Assembly: GCA_035703305.1 (NCBI GenBank)
Contig: DASSYJ010000125.1
Location: 8,013-72,012 of the forward strand
DNA: 64,000 bases
Reading direction: 5' to 3'
DNA from: Ornithinibacter sp.
Lineage (GTDB): Bacteria > Actinomycetota > Actinomycetes > Actinomycetales > Dermatophilaceae
Shown here: positions 48,943 to 58,754 of the stretch, in pieces
Layout: every line of letters begins with the position of its first letter
Numbering within the stretch: the first letter of the stretch is position 1
The notes under the pieces: generated by a model
Databases searched by the model: none
The model's input: only the letters and a program-made list of their open reading frames with translations
Told to the model about the DNA's origin: nothing
Program-made: the position numbers and the translations under genes

Positions 48943-51326
48943 CCGCTGACCAGGTGGCCGCTGACCGCGTGGCCGCTGACCGCGTGGCCGCCGCGGAGGG
49001 AACCGCCTCGGCAGCGACGCCGGCGGGGGAGGTCCGGCACATCACGTGCACGGTGTGCGAGGCGATGTGTGCCCTCGAGGTGACCCTGGACAGCGCGGGC
49101 GCCATCGCGTCGATCCGTGGTCACGAGGCCGACCCGCTCTCGCGGGGTCACATCTGCCCCAAGGCCTTCGCGCTCCAGGAGGTGCACGAGGACCCCGACC
49201 GGCTCCGCGGCCCGGTCGTCCGGACCGGCGACGGCGGGTGGCGGGAGGTCTCCTGGAGGGAGGCCGTCTCGGTCGCGGCGACCCGCCTGGCGGCCGTGCA
49301 GCGCGAGCACGGGGACGACGCGCTGGCCGTCTACCTGGGCAACCCCAACGTCCACAGCCTCGGTGCCCTGACCCACAACCCCACGTTGGTCCGGTTGCTC
49401 CGTACGCGGAACCGCTACTCGGCCACCTCGGTCGACCAGCTGCCCCACCAGGTCGTGGCGTGGGCGCTCTACGGGCACCAGTTCCTCCTGCCCGTCCCGG
49501 ACATCGACCGCACGGACCTGCTCGTCCTGGTCGGCCACAACCCGATGGCGTCGAACGGGTCGCTCTGGACGGTGCCCGACTTCCCGCAGCGACGGCGCGA
49601 GCTCGCCTCTCGCGGAGGCAGGCTCGTGGTGCTCGATCCTCGGCGCACCGAGACGGCGAAGCTCGCCGACGAGCACCACTTCGTCCGACCCGGCTCGGAC
49701 GCGGCCGTGCTCCTGGCGGTCGTGCGGGAGCTGCTCGTCGAGGACCTCGCCGGCCCAGCGGCATACGTCGACGGCGTCGAGGTGGTGCGCGACGCGGTGG
49801 CTCCGTTCACCCCCGAGCTGGCCGAGGAGGTCAGCGGTATGCCGGCCGCCGCCGTGCGCGCGCTGGCGCGGGGCCTCGCGGCGGCTCCGTCCGCGGCCGT
49901 CCACGGGCGGATGGGGGTGTCGACGCAGGCGCACGGGGTGGTGTGCCAGTGGGCGATCCAGGTGATCAACATCCTCACGGGGAACCTCGACCGTGCCGGT
50001 GGCACGATGTTCACGACCCCGGCGGCGGACCTCGTCGGGCAGGGGGCGCTCTCGCCCGGGGGGTTCGGGCGGCGGCGGACGCGGGTGCGCGGTCTGCCCG
50101 GCTTCGGGGGTGAGCTGCCGGTGTCGGCGCTGGCGGAGGAGATCGCGACTCCCGGGGCGGGGCAGGTGCGGGCGCTGCTGACGATCGCGGGGAACCCGGT
50201 GTCGTCGACGCCCGCGGGCCATCGGCTCGACGAGGCGCTGGGTGGGTTGGACGCGATGGTCGCGATCGACTTCTACGTCAACGAGACGACCCGGCACGCC
50301 GACGTCATCCTCCCGCCGACGAGCCCGCTCGAGCGGGACCACTACGACCTCATCTTCCACATCCTCGCCGTGCGCGATACCGCGCGGTGGTCGCCCGCGC
50401 TCTTCCCCAAGGAGGCCGGGGCACGGCACGACTGGGAGATCGCGCGCGACCTCGGGGTGGCGATGGTCCGGGCCCGCGGGGGTGGCCTGCGGGAGAGGTG
50501 GTCTCGCAGGGTGCTCACCGCCGAGGCCCGCCTGCGGCTGTCTCCCCGCCGCCAGCTGGATGCCCTGCTCCGGTCGTCCGGGGCTCGGCTGTCGGTCGAG
50601 AAGCTCGGGCGGATGACGGCTGGGGCGGACCACGGTGCGCTCAAGCCGCGGCTGCCGGAGCGGCTCCGGACGCCGAACCAGCGGATCGACCTCGCGCCGA
50701 AGCTGGTGATGGAGGCGCTGCCGGGGCTGTTGGAGACCTTCGAGGGCGGGCCGGCTGTCGCCGCCGGGGAGCTGCTCCTCATCGGGCGCCGTCACCAGCG
50801 CGACAACAACTCGTGGCTCCACAACGCGCCCGGACTCACCCGCGGCCGGTCGCGGCACGCACTGCTCGCGCACCCCGACGACCTGGCGGTGCGCGGCATC
50901 CGCGACGGTGACGAGGTCGTGGTGCGGTCCTCGGCGGGGGAGGTGCGCGTGGAGGTGACGGCGACGGAGGACCTCATGCCCGGGGTGGTCTCGCTTCCGC
51001 ACGGGTACGGCCACGGCCGCGAGGGCGTGCGGTTGCGAGTGGCGACCCGCGTGCCGGGGGTGTCGGCCAACGACCTGACCGACCCAGCCGTCGTCGAGGA
51101 CATCTCGGGCAACGCCGTGCTCAACGGGGTGCCGGTGACGGTCGAGCCCCTGGCCGTCCTCGTGGCCGAGGAGGTGCTCGCCGGAGTGCTGCCGGAGGAG
51201 GCTGACGGGGCCAACGTGGCGGGGGAGCCCGGCGAGTCAGGGCAGCCGGGTGAGCCCGGGGAGCCAGCGGCATCCGCTGAGTCGGAGGCATCCGCACGCC
51301 AGGGGCCGGCAGAGGACGGGCAGTGA
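48939..51326 (+). CDS. Molybdopterin-dependent oxidoreductase with N-terminal 4Fe-4S motif
   Basis: CTVCEAMC...GHICPK, NPMASNGS, AGNPV, NETTRHADVILP, NNSWLHN, PHGYG. Confidence 0.92.
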   Translation: MTADQVAADRVAADRVAAAEGTASAATPAGEVRHITCTVCEAMCALEVTLDSAGAIASIRGHEADPLSRGHICPKAFALQEVHEDPDRLRGPVVRTGDGGWREVSWREAVSVAATRLAAVQREHGDDALAVYLGNPNVHSLGALTHNPTLVRLLRTRNRYSATSVDQLPHQVVAWALYGHQFLLPVPDIDRTDLLVLVGHNPMASNGSLWTVPDFPQRRRELASRGGRLVVLDPRRTETAKLADEHHFVRPGSDAAVLLAVVRELLVEDLAGPAAYVDGVEVVRDAVAPFTPELAEEVSGMPAAAVRALARGLAAAPSAAVHGRMGVSTQAHGVVCQWAIQVINILTGNLDRAGGTMFTTPAADLVGQGALSPGGFGRRRTRVRGLPGFGGELPVSALAEEIATPGAGQVRALLTIAGNPVSSTPAGHRLDEALGGLDAMVAIDFYVNETTRHADVILPPTSPLERDHYDLIFHILAVRDTARWSPALFPKEAGARHDWEIARDLGVAMVRARGGGLRERWSRRVLTAEARLRLSPRRQLDALLRSSGARLSVEKLGRMTAGADHGALKPRLPERLRTPNQRIDLAPKLVMEALPGLLETFEGGPAVAAGELLLIGRRHQRDNNSWLHNAPGLTRGRSRHALLAHPDDLAVRGIRDGDEVVVRSSAGEVRVEVTATEDLMPGVVSLPHGYGHGREGVRLRVATRVPGVSANDLTDPAVVEDISGNAVLNGVPVTVEPLAVLVAEEVLAGVLPEEADGANVAGEPGESGQPGEPGEPAASAESEASARQGPAEDGQ

Positions 51327-51628
51327 CGCCGGACGACGTCCGGCGGATCGCGCTCGAGCTGGGTGACGTCACCGAGCGCGACCACCACGGCTTCCCGAGC
51401 TTCCGCACCGGGAGGCGCGGCAGGATCTTCGCCACCCTCCCGACCGACGACGTCCTCCGGGTGATGCTCGACGAAGGCCCGATCCGCGAGGCGGTCGCGG
51501 AGTGGTCCTGGTGTCGCGAGGGTTGGTGGGGCAAGCGCCTGGCAACCGTCGAGGTCGTGCTGGCCGACGCCCAGCCGGGCGTGGTCGCGGAGCTCCTGGC
51601 CGACGGGCACGCTCGAGCGAGCGGCTGA
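51323..51628 (+). CDS. MmcQ/YjbR family protein
   Basis: DVRRIALEL...HHGFPSFR...IFATL. Confidence 0.75.
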   Translation: MTPDDVRRIALELGDVTERDHHGFPSFRTGRRGRIFATLPTDDVLRVMLDEGPIREAVAEWSWCREGWWGKRLATVEVVLADAQPGVVAELLADGHARASG

Positions 51629-51715
51629 CCACCGCCAGACCGTGGCGCGGTGGGCGAGTGCGGCAACCGAGCTGAGCCCGCCCCCAGCAGTCGGCCCACC
51701 GACAGACAGTGGTGA

Positions 51716-51965
51716 CGGAGACGTCCGGATGCTTCATCTGGTGAGCCAGCCCCACCACTGCCGAACCAACCCCCTGGGTGCTTCGCGTGGTGAGCCACCG
51801 GTTCCTGCTCACGACGCGGGCCAACCCCCTGGGTGCTTCGCGTGGTGAGCCAGTGCGTCGGCTCACCACCGGGGCCAACCCCCTGTGTGCTTCGCGTGGT
51901 GGGTCGGGGACAGCCGTGCGGTGTAAGAGTGGTGGCTCACCACGTGAAGCATCCGGACGTCTCCG
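51716..51965. repeat. 250-bp MITE/BIME-like element with 33-bp terminal inverted repeats and three internal 32-bp direct repeats
   Basis: TIRs at 51716-51748 and 51933-51965; CCAACCCCCTGGGTGCTTCGCGTGGTGAGCCA at 51766, 51821 and (diverged) 51875. Confidence 0.85.
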
Positions 51966-52092
51966 GAGGCACCCGGTGCAGTGGGCCGGGCCGCCGGCCC
52001 GCCTACGTGCCGCTGCTTTCGGGGCAGTCCCCGCTGGTGGAGCGCCGCGGTCCCCGGCGGCCGACGCGGCGCCGGCACCGAGCGTCACGCCA

Positions 52093-52686
52093 TCACCCAC
52101 CCTCGGCCGGAGCGGTGAGGAGGTCGAGCGCCTGAGTGCAGTGCTCGACGAGAGCGGCACGCCCGGCATCCCGCTCGGCTGCCGGCAGGGCGGACCACTG
52201 CAGGGCCCGGTCCTCGAGGTACGCGACCCACCCGTGCACGACGGGGAGCACGGCATCCGGGAGCCCGGTGGCCCCGGCCACGACGCCCGCGACGTGTTCG
52301 CGCACGCTCGCCACCGCGTCGCCCCCGGCAGCCTGCGCCACCGCACCCTGCCCCAGCACGAGCGCGACGTACGACGCGCGCCGACGCGCCACCTGGTCGA
52401 GGAACCGCTCGACGACCTGTCGCACCGCCGTCTGGCCCACGACCCCGTCGTCCGGCGCCACGGTGCGCCCCACCCGTCGGCGCGCCGCCTCGAGGACCGC
52501 GCGGTGGTAGTCGGTCTTCGTCGGGAAGTAGTGGAAGAGCAGCCCGCGCGACACCCCGGCCTCGGCAGCGACCTCGTCGAGCGACAGCTCCTGCACCGGG
52601 CGCTCGACGAACTTGCGCAGCCCGATCCCGACGAGCTGGCGACGCCGGTCCTCGGGGCTCATCCGCACCCGCGCCGTCGCCGCCAT
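52093..52686 (-). CDS. TetR family regulator
   Basis: RMSPEDRRRQL, SLDEVAAEAGVSRGLLFHYF. Confidence 0.93.
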   Translation of the reverse strand: MAATARVRMSPEDRRRQLVGIGLRKFVERPVQELSLDEVAAEAGVSRGLLFHYFPTKTDYHRAVLEAARRRVGRTVAPDDGVVGQTAVRQVVERFLDQVARRRASYVALVLGQGAVAQAAGGDAVASVREHVAGVVAGATGLPDAVLPVVHGWVAYLEDRALQWSALPAAERDAGRAALVEHCTQALDLLTAPAEGG

Positions 52687-52690
52687 GCTA

Positions 52691-52705
52691 TTGAGCATTG
52701 CTCAA
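52691..52705. promoter_or_regulatory. TetR operator palindrome TTGAGCATTGCTCAA
   Basis: Perfect 7-1-7 palindrome between the divergent tetR and acyl-CoA dehydrogenase genes. Confidence 0.8.
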
Positions 52706-52726
52706 CAACGGTCTAGGGTCAAGGAC

Positions 52727-54010
52727 ATGGACTTCGAGCCGTCCCCCCGTGCCGCCGACCTCGCCCGACGGGTCCGTACCTTCGTGGAGACCGAGGTCGA
52801 GCCGCTGGAGCCGCAGCTGCTCCGGGACGTCGCGGTGCGACGCGCCCGTGGCGAGGACGCCTGGCCGCCGCCCCCGGTCGTCGAGGACCTCAAGGCCAGG
52901 GCGAGGAGCGAGGGGCTGTGGAACCTCTTCCTCCCTGCCGGTCACGGTGACGGGTATGCCGCCCGCTTCGGCACCGACGGAGGCACCGGCCTGACCAACA
53001 CCGACTACGCCACCGTGGCCGAGCAGATGGGGCGCTCAGCCCTCGCCCCGCTCGTCCTCAACTGCAACGCCCCCGACACCGGGAACATGGAGGTCCTGCT
53101 CCGCTACGGCAGCGCCCAGCAGCAGGAGCAGTGGCTCGAGCCCCTCCTCGACGGGCGGGTCCGCAGCACGTTCCTCATGACCGAACCCGGCGTGGCCAGC
53201 TCCGACGCGACCACCATGGAGGCCACCGCGACGCTCGACGGCGACGACGTCGTCCTCGACGGCCGCAAGTGGTGGTCGACCGGCGCGGGTCACCCCGACT
53301 GCGCCGTCGGCATCTTCATGGGGCTCACCGACCCCGGTGCCCACCGGCACGCGCAGCACTCGATGGTCGTCGTGCCGCTCGACGCGCCCGGTGTCCGGGT
53401 CGAGCGCATGCTCACCGCCCTCGGCCAGTACGACGAGCCGCTCGGCCACGGGGAGGTGACCCTCACCGGGGTCCGCCTCCCCGCGACGAGCATCCTCGCG
53501 GGCCCCGGCCGTGCCTTCGAGATCGCCCAGGGTCGCCTCGGACCGGGCCGGGTGCACCACTGCATGCGTCTCATCGGGCTCGCCGAGAAGGCGCTCGACC
53601 TCGCGTGCCGGCGGTCCACCACGCGGGTGGCGTTCGGCAAGCCCCTCGCCAACCTCGGCGGCAACCGCGAGCGCCTCGCCCGCGCGCGGATCGCGGTCAA
53701 CCAGGCCCGACTGCTCGTGCTCCACGCCGCCTGGAAGCTCGACACCGTCGGCATCGAGGGCGCGCAGTCCGAGGTCTCGGAGATCAAGGCGGCCGTCCCG
53801 CAGATGGCGTGCGACGTCATCGACCTCGCGATCCAGCTCCACGGCGGCGGCGGCATGAGTGAGGACTTCCCCCTCGCCGCCGCGTATGCCGGGGCCCGCA
53901 GCCTGCGCCTCGCCGACGGCCCCGACGAGGTGCACCTCGGCGTCGTCGCACGCCACCTGCTCCGCCCGTATGCCGTCGCCGCCGCGGCCGCCCAGGGGGC
54001 CGCTCGATGA
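52727..54010 (+). CDS. Acyl-CoA dehydrogenase (ACAD10/11-like)
   Basis: NCNAPDTGNMEVL, MTEPGVASSDA, QGRLGPGRVHHCMR, LRLADGPDEVH. Confidence 0.95.
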   Translation: MDFEPSPRAADLARRVRTFVETEVEPLEPQLLRDVAVRRARGEDAWPPPPVVEDLKARARSEGLWNLFLPAGHGDGYAARFGTDGGTGLTNTDYATVAEQMGRSALAPLVLNCNAPDTGNMEVLLRYGSAQQQEQWLEPLLDGRVRSTFLMTEPGVASSDATTMEATATLDGDDVVLDGRKWWSTGAGHPDCAVGIFMGLTDPGAHRHAQHSMVVVPLDAPGVRVERMLTALGQYDEPLGHGEVTLTGVRLPATSILAGPGRAFEIAQGRLGPGRVHHCMRLIGLAEKALDLACRRSTTRVAFGKPLANLGGNRERLARARIAVNQARLLVLHAAWKLDTVGIEGAQSEVSEIKAAVPQMACDVIDLAIQLHGGGGMSEDFPLAAAYAGARSLRLADGPDEVHLGVVARHLLRPYAVAAAAAQGAAR

Positions 54011-54816
54011 GCCGGCGCGTCCTCGTCACCGGAGGCGCCTCGGGCCTCGGCCGGGCCCTGACCCAGCTCATGGTCGCCCGGGGCGACACCGTGCTCGTAG
54101 GCGACCTCGCCGACGAGCGACCTGACAGCGTCCCGGCCGCCGCGGCATACCGGAGGCTCGACGTCCGCTCCCAGCAGGAATGGGACGCCGCGCTGGCGTG
54201 GGTGCGCGAGGCCTGGGGTGGCCTCGACGTCCTCGTCAACAACGCCGGGGTCGCGACGGGCGGCCGTATCGACGTCGAGGCGATCGCCGACTGGGAGCGG
54301 GTCGTCGACATCAACCTCCTCGGCGTGGCCCGCGGCTGCCACACGTTCGTCCCCCTCCTCAAGGAGCAGCGCAGCGGCCACATCGTCAACGTCGCCTCGC
54401 TCGCCGGCCTCGTCCACGGACCCGGGATGGCGAGCTACAACGCCACGAAGGCCGGTGTGGTCGCGATCAGCGAGACGCTCTCCTTCGAGCTCGAGCCCTG
54501 GGGCATCGACGTCTCGGTCGCGTGCCCGGCCTTCTTCCGCACCAACCTCCATGAGTCGTTCGCCGGCAAGGACGCCGCGATGCAGGAGGCGGGGGTGCGA
54601 CTCATCACCCAGGCCAAGGTCGACGCCCAGCACATCGCGGCGATCGTGCTCAAGGGTGTCGACGCCCGCAAGCGGGTCATCCTCACCGACCGGCTGGGCC
54701 ACCGGGCGTGGCTGTCCAAGCGGTTCGCGCGTCCCCTCTACGACCGCATGCTCTCCGCCCAGGCCGCCCGGCTCGCACGGCGGTCCGGCACCGATCCCCA
54801 GGAGTTCGTGCCGTGA
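54007..54816 (+). CDS. Short-chain dehydrogenase/reductase
   Basis: TGGASGLG, NNAG, YNATK. Confidence 0.93.
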   Translation: MSRRVLVTGGASGLGRALTQLMVARGDTVLVGDLADERPDSVPAAAAYRRLDVRSQQEWDAALAWVREAWGGLDVLVNNAGVATGGRIDVEAIADWERVVDINLLGVARGCHTFVPLLKEQRSGHIVNVASLAGLVHGPGMASYNATKAGVVAISETLSFELEPWGIDVSVACPAFFRTNLHESFAGKDAAMQEAGVRLITQAKVDAQHIAAIVLKGVDARKRVILTDRLGHRAWLSKRFARPLYDRMLSAQAARLARRSGTDPQEFVP

Positions 54817-55907
54817 CCGAGGTCGCTGGAGCGGCGCCCGTGCGGCAGGAGGACGCGTTCGACGTCGAGCGAGTGGCCACGTGGCTCCGCGAGAACGCCT
54901 CCGCCACAGCGGACCTCGTGGGCACCCCCGAGGTGCGCCAGTTCATGGGCGGCGCCTCCAACCTCACCTACCTGCTCCGGTATGCCGGTGGGCCGGCCTC
55001 AGCTGGGCGCGACCTCATCCTCCGACGGCCACCGACCGGCACGAAGGCCAGGGGGGCCCACGACATGCGCCGGGAGCACGACATCCAGGCGGCCCTCGCG
55101 CCGGTGTTCCCCGTGGTGCCGCGGATGGTCGCGTACTGCGGCGACGAGTCCGTCATCGGCTCCGAGTTCTACGTCATGGAGCGCATCGACGGGACGATCC
55201 TCCGGCGTGACGTCCCCGGCGAGCTCGGCCTCGACCGCGAAGGGGTGGAGACGTTGTGCCGCAACGCGGTCGACGTCCTCGTCGCCCTTCACGACGTCGA
55301 CCTCGAGGCCAGCGGACTGGCCGGGCTCGACCGTGGTGACGGCTACGTGCGTCGTCAGGTCGAGGGCTGGTCGGGACGCTACCGCCGCGCCCGCACCGAC
55401 GACGCCGGCGACTTCGAGGCGACGATGGCGTGGCTCGAGGCCCACCAGCCGGACGACCGGCCCCACGCCCTCATCCACAACGACTTCCGCTTCGACAACC
55501 TCGTCCTCGCCCCCCAGGACCCCACCCGTGTCGTCGGAGTGCTCGACTGGGAGATGGCCACCGTCGGGGACCCCCTCATGGACCTCGCCTCGGGGCTCGC
55601 CTACTGGGTACAGGCCGACGACCCCCCGGCATTCCTCGCCATGCGCCGGCAGCCGACACACACCCCCGGCATGCTCACGCGCGCCGAGGTCGTCGAGCGC
55701 TACGCCGACGCTCGAGGGCTGGGGGTGTCCCCCCGGCAGTGGCGGTTCTACGAGGTGTTCGGCGCCTTCCGGCTCGCCGTCATCGCCCAGCAGATCTACT
55801 ACCGGTTCCACCACGGCCAGACGAGCAACCCGGCATACGGTGAGTTCCGCGAGGTCGTCCGCTTCCTCGACCACCGGTGTGCCGCCCTCGTCGGTGCGGC
55901 CTCCTGA
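54813..55907 (+). CDS. Phosphotransferase (APH-like; resembles the ACAD10/11 kinase domain)
   Basis: GGASNLTY, LRRPP, AHDMRRE, HNDFRFDN, LDWEMATVGDP. Confidence 0.93.
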   Translation: MTEVAGAAPVRQEDAFDVERVATWLRENASATADLVGTPEVRQFMGGASNLTYLLRYAGGPASAGRDLILRRPPTGTKARGAHDMRREHDIQAALAPVFPVVPRMVAYCGDESVIGSEFYVMERIDGTILRRDVPGELGLDREGVETLCRNAVDVLVALHDVDLEASGLAGLDRGDGYVRRQVEGWSGRYRRARTDDAGDFEATMAWLEAHQPDDRPHALIHNDFRFDNLVLAPQDPTRVVGVLDWEMATVGDPLMDLASGLAYWVQADDPPAFLAMRRQPTHTPGMLTRAEVVERYADARGLGVSPRQWRFYEVFGAFRLAVIAQQIYYRFHHGQTSNPAYGEFREVVRFLDHRCAALVGAAS

Positions 55908-55922
55908 CCCCTGGAGAGACGC

Positions 55923-56675
55923 ATGCCCACCACGCTCATCACCGGTGCCAGCTCCGGCCTCGGCGCCGAGATGGCCCGCCAGCTCGCTGCCCGCGGCTGG
56001 GACCTCGCGCTCGCGGCCCGACGCACCGACCGGCTCGAGAGCCTGCGCGACGAGATCCTGGCCGCCCACCCCGGCCGGCGCGTCGAGCTGCGCGCGCTCG
56101 ACGTCACCGACGACGACCAGGTCTTCGCGGTGTTCCGGGCGTTCCGTGACGACTTCGGCACCATCGACCGGGTCATCGTCAACGCCGGCCTCGGCAAGGG
56201 GGCGCCCCTGGGCACCGGTCGCTACGACGCCAACCGGGAGACCGCGATGACGAACTTCGTCGCAGCGCTCGCCCAGACGGAGGCGGCGATGGAGATCTTC
56301 CGCGCCCAGAAGCGCGGGCACCTCGTCATGATCTCGTCCGTGTCGGCGATGCGGGGCATGCGCAAGACGGTGACGACGTACGCCGCGACGAAGGCCGGCG
56401 TCGCGGCCCTCGCCGAGGGCCTGCGCAACGAGATGCTCGGTGAGCCCGACCTCGACATCCGCGTCTCGACGATCTACCCCGGATACATCCGCTCGGAGAT
56501 CAACGAACGGGTGAAGAAGACCCCGTTCATGGTCGACACGCAGACGGGTGTGCGGGCGATGGTGGAGGCGATCGAGAAGGAGAAGGCGAACGCCCTGGTG
56601 CCCCCGTGGCCGTGGGTGCCGCTGGGCAAGGCGATGCGGCACCTTCCGCTGCCACTCGTGCGGAGGATCATGTGA
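55923..56675 (+). CDS. Short-chain dehydrogenase/reductase
   Basis: TGASSGLG, NAG, YAATK. Confidence 0.93.
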   Translation: MPTTLITGASSGLGAEMARQLAARGWDLALAARRTDRLESLRDEILAAHPGRRVELRALDVTDDDQVFAVFRAFRDDFGTIDRVIVNAGLGKGAPLGTGRYDANRETAMTNFVAALAQTEAAMEIFRAQKRGHLVMISSVSAMRGMRKTVTTYAATKAGVAALAEGLRNEMLGEPDLDIRVSTIYPGYIRSEINERVKKTPFMVDTQTGVRAMVEAIEKEKANALVPPWPWVPLGKAMRHLPLPLVRRIM

Positions 56676-56677
56676 CC

Positions 56678-57643
56678 ATGGCACGAGTCCTCGTCACCGC
56701 CCGCGTCCCCGGCGGGGGGCCGTCCCGGCTCCGCGCCGCCGGCCACGAGGTGGTCCAGCGCGACCTCGAGTCGCCCATGCCGCGGGACGAGCTGCTGCGC
56801 TCGGTCGACGGGGTCGGTGCCGTGGTCGCGATGCTCGTCGACCGGGTCGACACCGAGCTGCTGGATGCCGCCGGGCCCGGCCTGCGGGCCGTCGCGAACG
56901 TCGCGGTCGGATACGACAACGTCGACGTCCGAGCATGCGCCGAGCGAGGGGTCGTCGTGACCAACACGCCCGGGGTGCTGACCGATGCGACCGCCGACCT
57001 CGCCATGGCCCTCGTCCTCATGGTGACCCGTGGGCTCGGGGCGGCGGAACGGCGAGTGCGCACCGGCGAGCCGTGGGGCTGGAGCCTGACGGGACACCTC
57101 GGGACGTCGTTGCGGGGGAAGAACCTCGGCGTCGTCGGCCCTGGGGCGATCGGCCTCGCGACGGCCCGGCGGGCCAAGGGCTTCGGCATGGAGGTGCTGC
57201 TCTCCGGGCGGTCCGCACCGGATGCCGGGGACGTGGAAGGGCTCGGCGCGCGGGTCGTCGACCTCGCCGAGCTGCTCACGGCATCCGACGTCGTGACGCT
57301 GCACTGCCCGCTGACCCCGGAGACGAGGCACCTCGTCGGCGCCGACGAGCTGGCCGCGATGAAGCCCAGCGCGGTCCTCGTCAACACCTCCCGCGGCCCC
57401 GTGGTCGACGAGGCGGCCCTCGTCGCCGCTCTGGAGGCGGGTGAGATCGCCGGCGCCGGGCTCGACGTCTACGAGGACGAGCCCCACGTGCACCCCGGAC
57501 TGCTCGGCCGGGACGACGTCGTCCTGCTGCCGCACATCGGCTCCGCGACGGTCGAGGCACGCACCGCGATGGCGGACCTCGCGGTCGACAACGTGCTCGC
57601 GGTGCTCGCGGGTGAGGACCCTCTCACTCCGGTGCTGGGCTGA
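56678..57643 (+). CDS. D-2-hydroxyacid dehydrogenase (glyoxylate/glycerate reductase-like)
   Basis: AVGYDNVD, TNTPGVLT, LHCPLTPET, NTSRGPVVDE, PHIGSAT. Confidence 0.93.
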   Translation: MARVLVTARVPGGGPSRLRAAGHEVVQRDLESPMPRDELLRSVDGVGAVVAMLVDRVDTELLDAAGPGLRAVANVAVGYDNVDVRACAERGVVVTNTPGVLTDATADLAMALVLMVTRGLGAAERRVRTGEPWGWSLTGHLGTSLRGKNLGVVGPGAIGLATARRAKGFGMEVLLSGRSAPDAGDVEGLGARVVDLAELLTASDVVTLHCPLTPETRHLVGADELAAMKPSAVLVNTSRGPVVDEAALVAALEAGEIAGAGLDVYEDEPHVHPGLLGRDDVVLLPHIGSATVEARTAMADLAVDNVLAVLAGEDPLTPVLG

Positions 57644-57684
57644 CCGTCGCGCGGCTGGCCAGCAGCGTCCGCGGCGTGGACCGG

Positions 57685-58173
57685 TCAGAGGTAGCGATGC
57701 ATGACGTGCAGCCCGACGAGGCCGTGGCTCGCGGAGTCGAAGGCCCGCGGCACCGTGCCGATGACCTCGAACCCGAGGTCGCGCCACAGCGCGACGGCGC
57801 CGGTGTTCGTCTCGACGACGGCGTTGAACTGCATTGCGGCGTAACCCTGTTCACGCGCCCAGGTGATCACCCACTCTGCCAGTGCGCGGCCGACTCCCAT
57901 TCCACGAGCCTCGGGCGCGACCATGAAGGATGCCGTCGCCACGTGGCTGCCGCGCGACGGGCGGTTCGGACCTGACTTCGCCGACCCGAGCAGCGTGCCG
58001 TCGTCAGCGACGGCCACGACGGTGACACCGGGCGGCGACTCGACCCACAGCTCGCGAGCCTGCGCGGACGTCAGGTCCTCCGGGTAGGCGTAGGTCTCGC
58101 CGGCGGCGACGACCCCGCGGAGGATCGGGAGGAACCGCACCCAGTCGGCGTCCTCGAAAGGGCGGACCAGCAC
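57685..58173 (-). CDS. GNAT acetyltransferase
   Basis: GETYAY, GSHVATASFMV, MQFNAVVETN. Confidence 0.9.
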   Translation of the reverse strand: MLVRPFEDADWVRFLPILRGVVAAGETYAYPEDLTSAQARELWVESPPGVTVVAVADDGTLLGSAKSGPNRPSRGSHVATASFMVAPEARGMGVGRALAEWVITWAREQGYAAMQFNAVVETNTGAVALWRDLGFEVIGTVPRAFDSASHGLVGLHVMHRYL

Positions 58174-58180
58174 CCGCGGC

Positions 58181-58618
58181 TCACTCGTGCTCGTGCGGCC
58201 GCATGTGCAGCCAGGGCCGGGTCAGCTCGAACCGGCGACCGGTGATCTCGTCGACCTCGACCGCGATGACGTTGAACTTCGCCGTGTCGACCCAGGGGCG
58301 CAGCGGCAGCTGGTCGGTGGCCTCCTCCTCGTCGCCCTCGAGCTGGCGCGCGCGCCCACGCACGACGACGCTGAGCGCCTCGTCCTCGGTGTACTCGTCG
58401 ATCTCGAACGCGACGTCGGCGTTCATCGTCAGGCCGAGGAGCTTGCTGCCCTCGGACGTGCGGAAGACCAGCCGGTGGTGCTCGTCGACGGCGTAGTTGA
58501 TCGGCACGAGGTGGACCTCGTCGGCAAGGTGGAAGGCGAGCCTGCCGAACTCCTGGTCGTGGAGCATCTGCCAGCAGACGTCCTCGGGCAGCTCGGTGAC
58601 GGGGGAGTGCTCTGACAT
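58181..58618 (-). CDS. Pyridoxamine 5'-phosphate oxidase-like FMN-binding protein
   Basis: CW..L...FGRLA, PINY, FRTSEGSKL, VAFEID, SVVVRG, ITGRRF. Confidence 0.88.
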   Translation of the reverse strand: MSEHSPVTELPEDVCWQMLHDQEFGRLAFHLADEVHLVPINYAVDEHHRLVFRTSEGSKLLGLTMNADVAFEIDEYTEDEALSVVVRGRARQLEGDEEEATDQLPLRPWVDTAKFNVIAVEVDEITGRRFELTRPWLHMRPHEHE

Positions 58619-58754
58619 GACGGGCCTCCTGGTGGGTTTCTCCCCCCGACACTAGTGACCCGTGCAGTGTCCGGCACGCACCAGAGACGGTTCTCACGAG
58701 GGCTGTGGCGCGAATCTCCCCGGGCTCCCAGCGCGGCTGGGTAGCGTGCGGCAG

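Noticed and set aside
51766-51906. CRISPR array
   Set aside because: Only three repeats; spacers are 22-23 nt, resemble each other and pair with the repeat; the array is enclosed by TIRs; no cas genes or leader
54813-55907. Aminoglycoside resistance kinase
   Set aside because: Motifs and operon context match ACAD10/11-type acyl-CoA kinases
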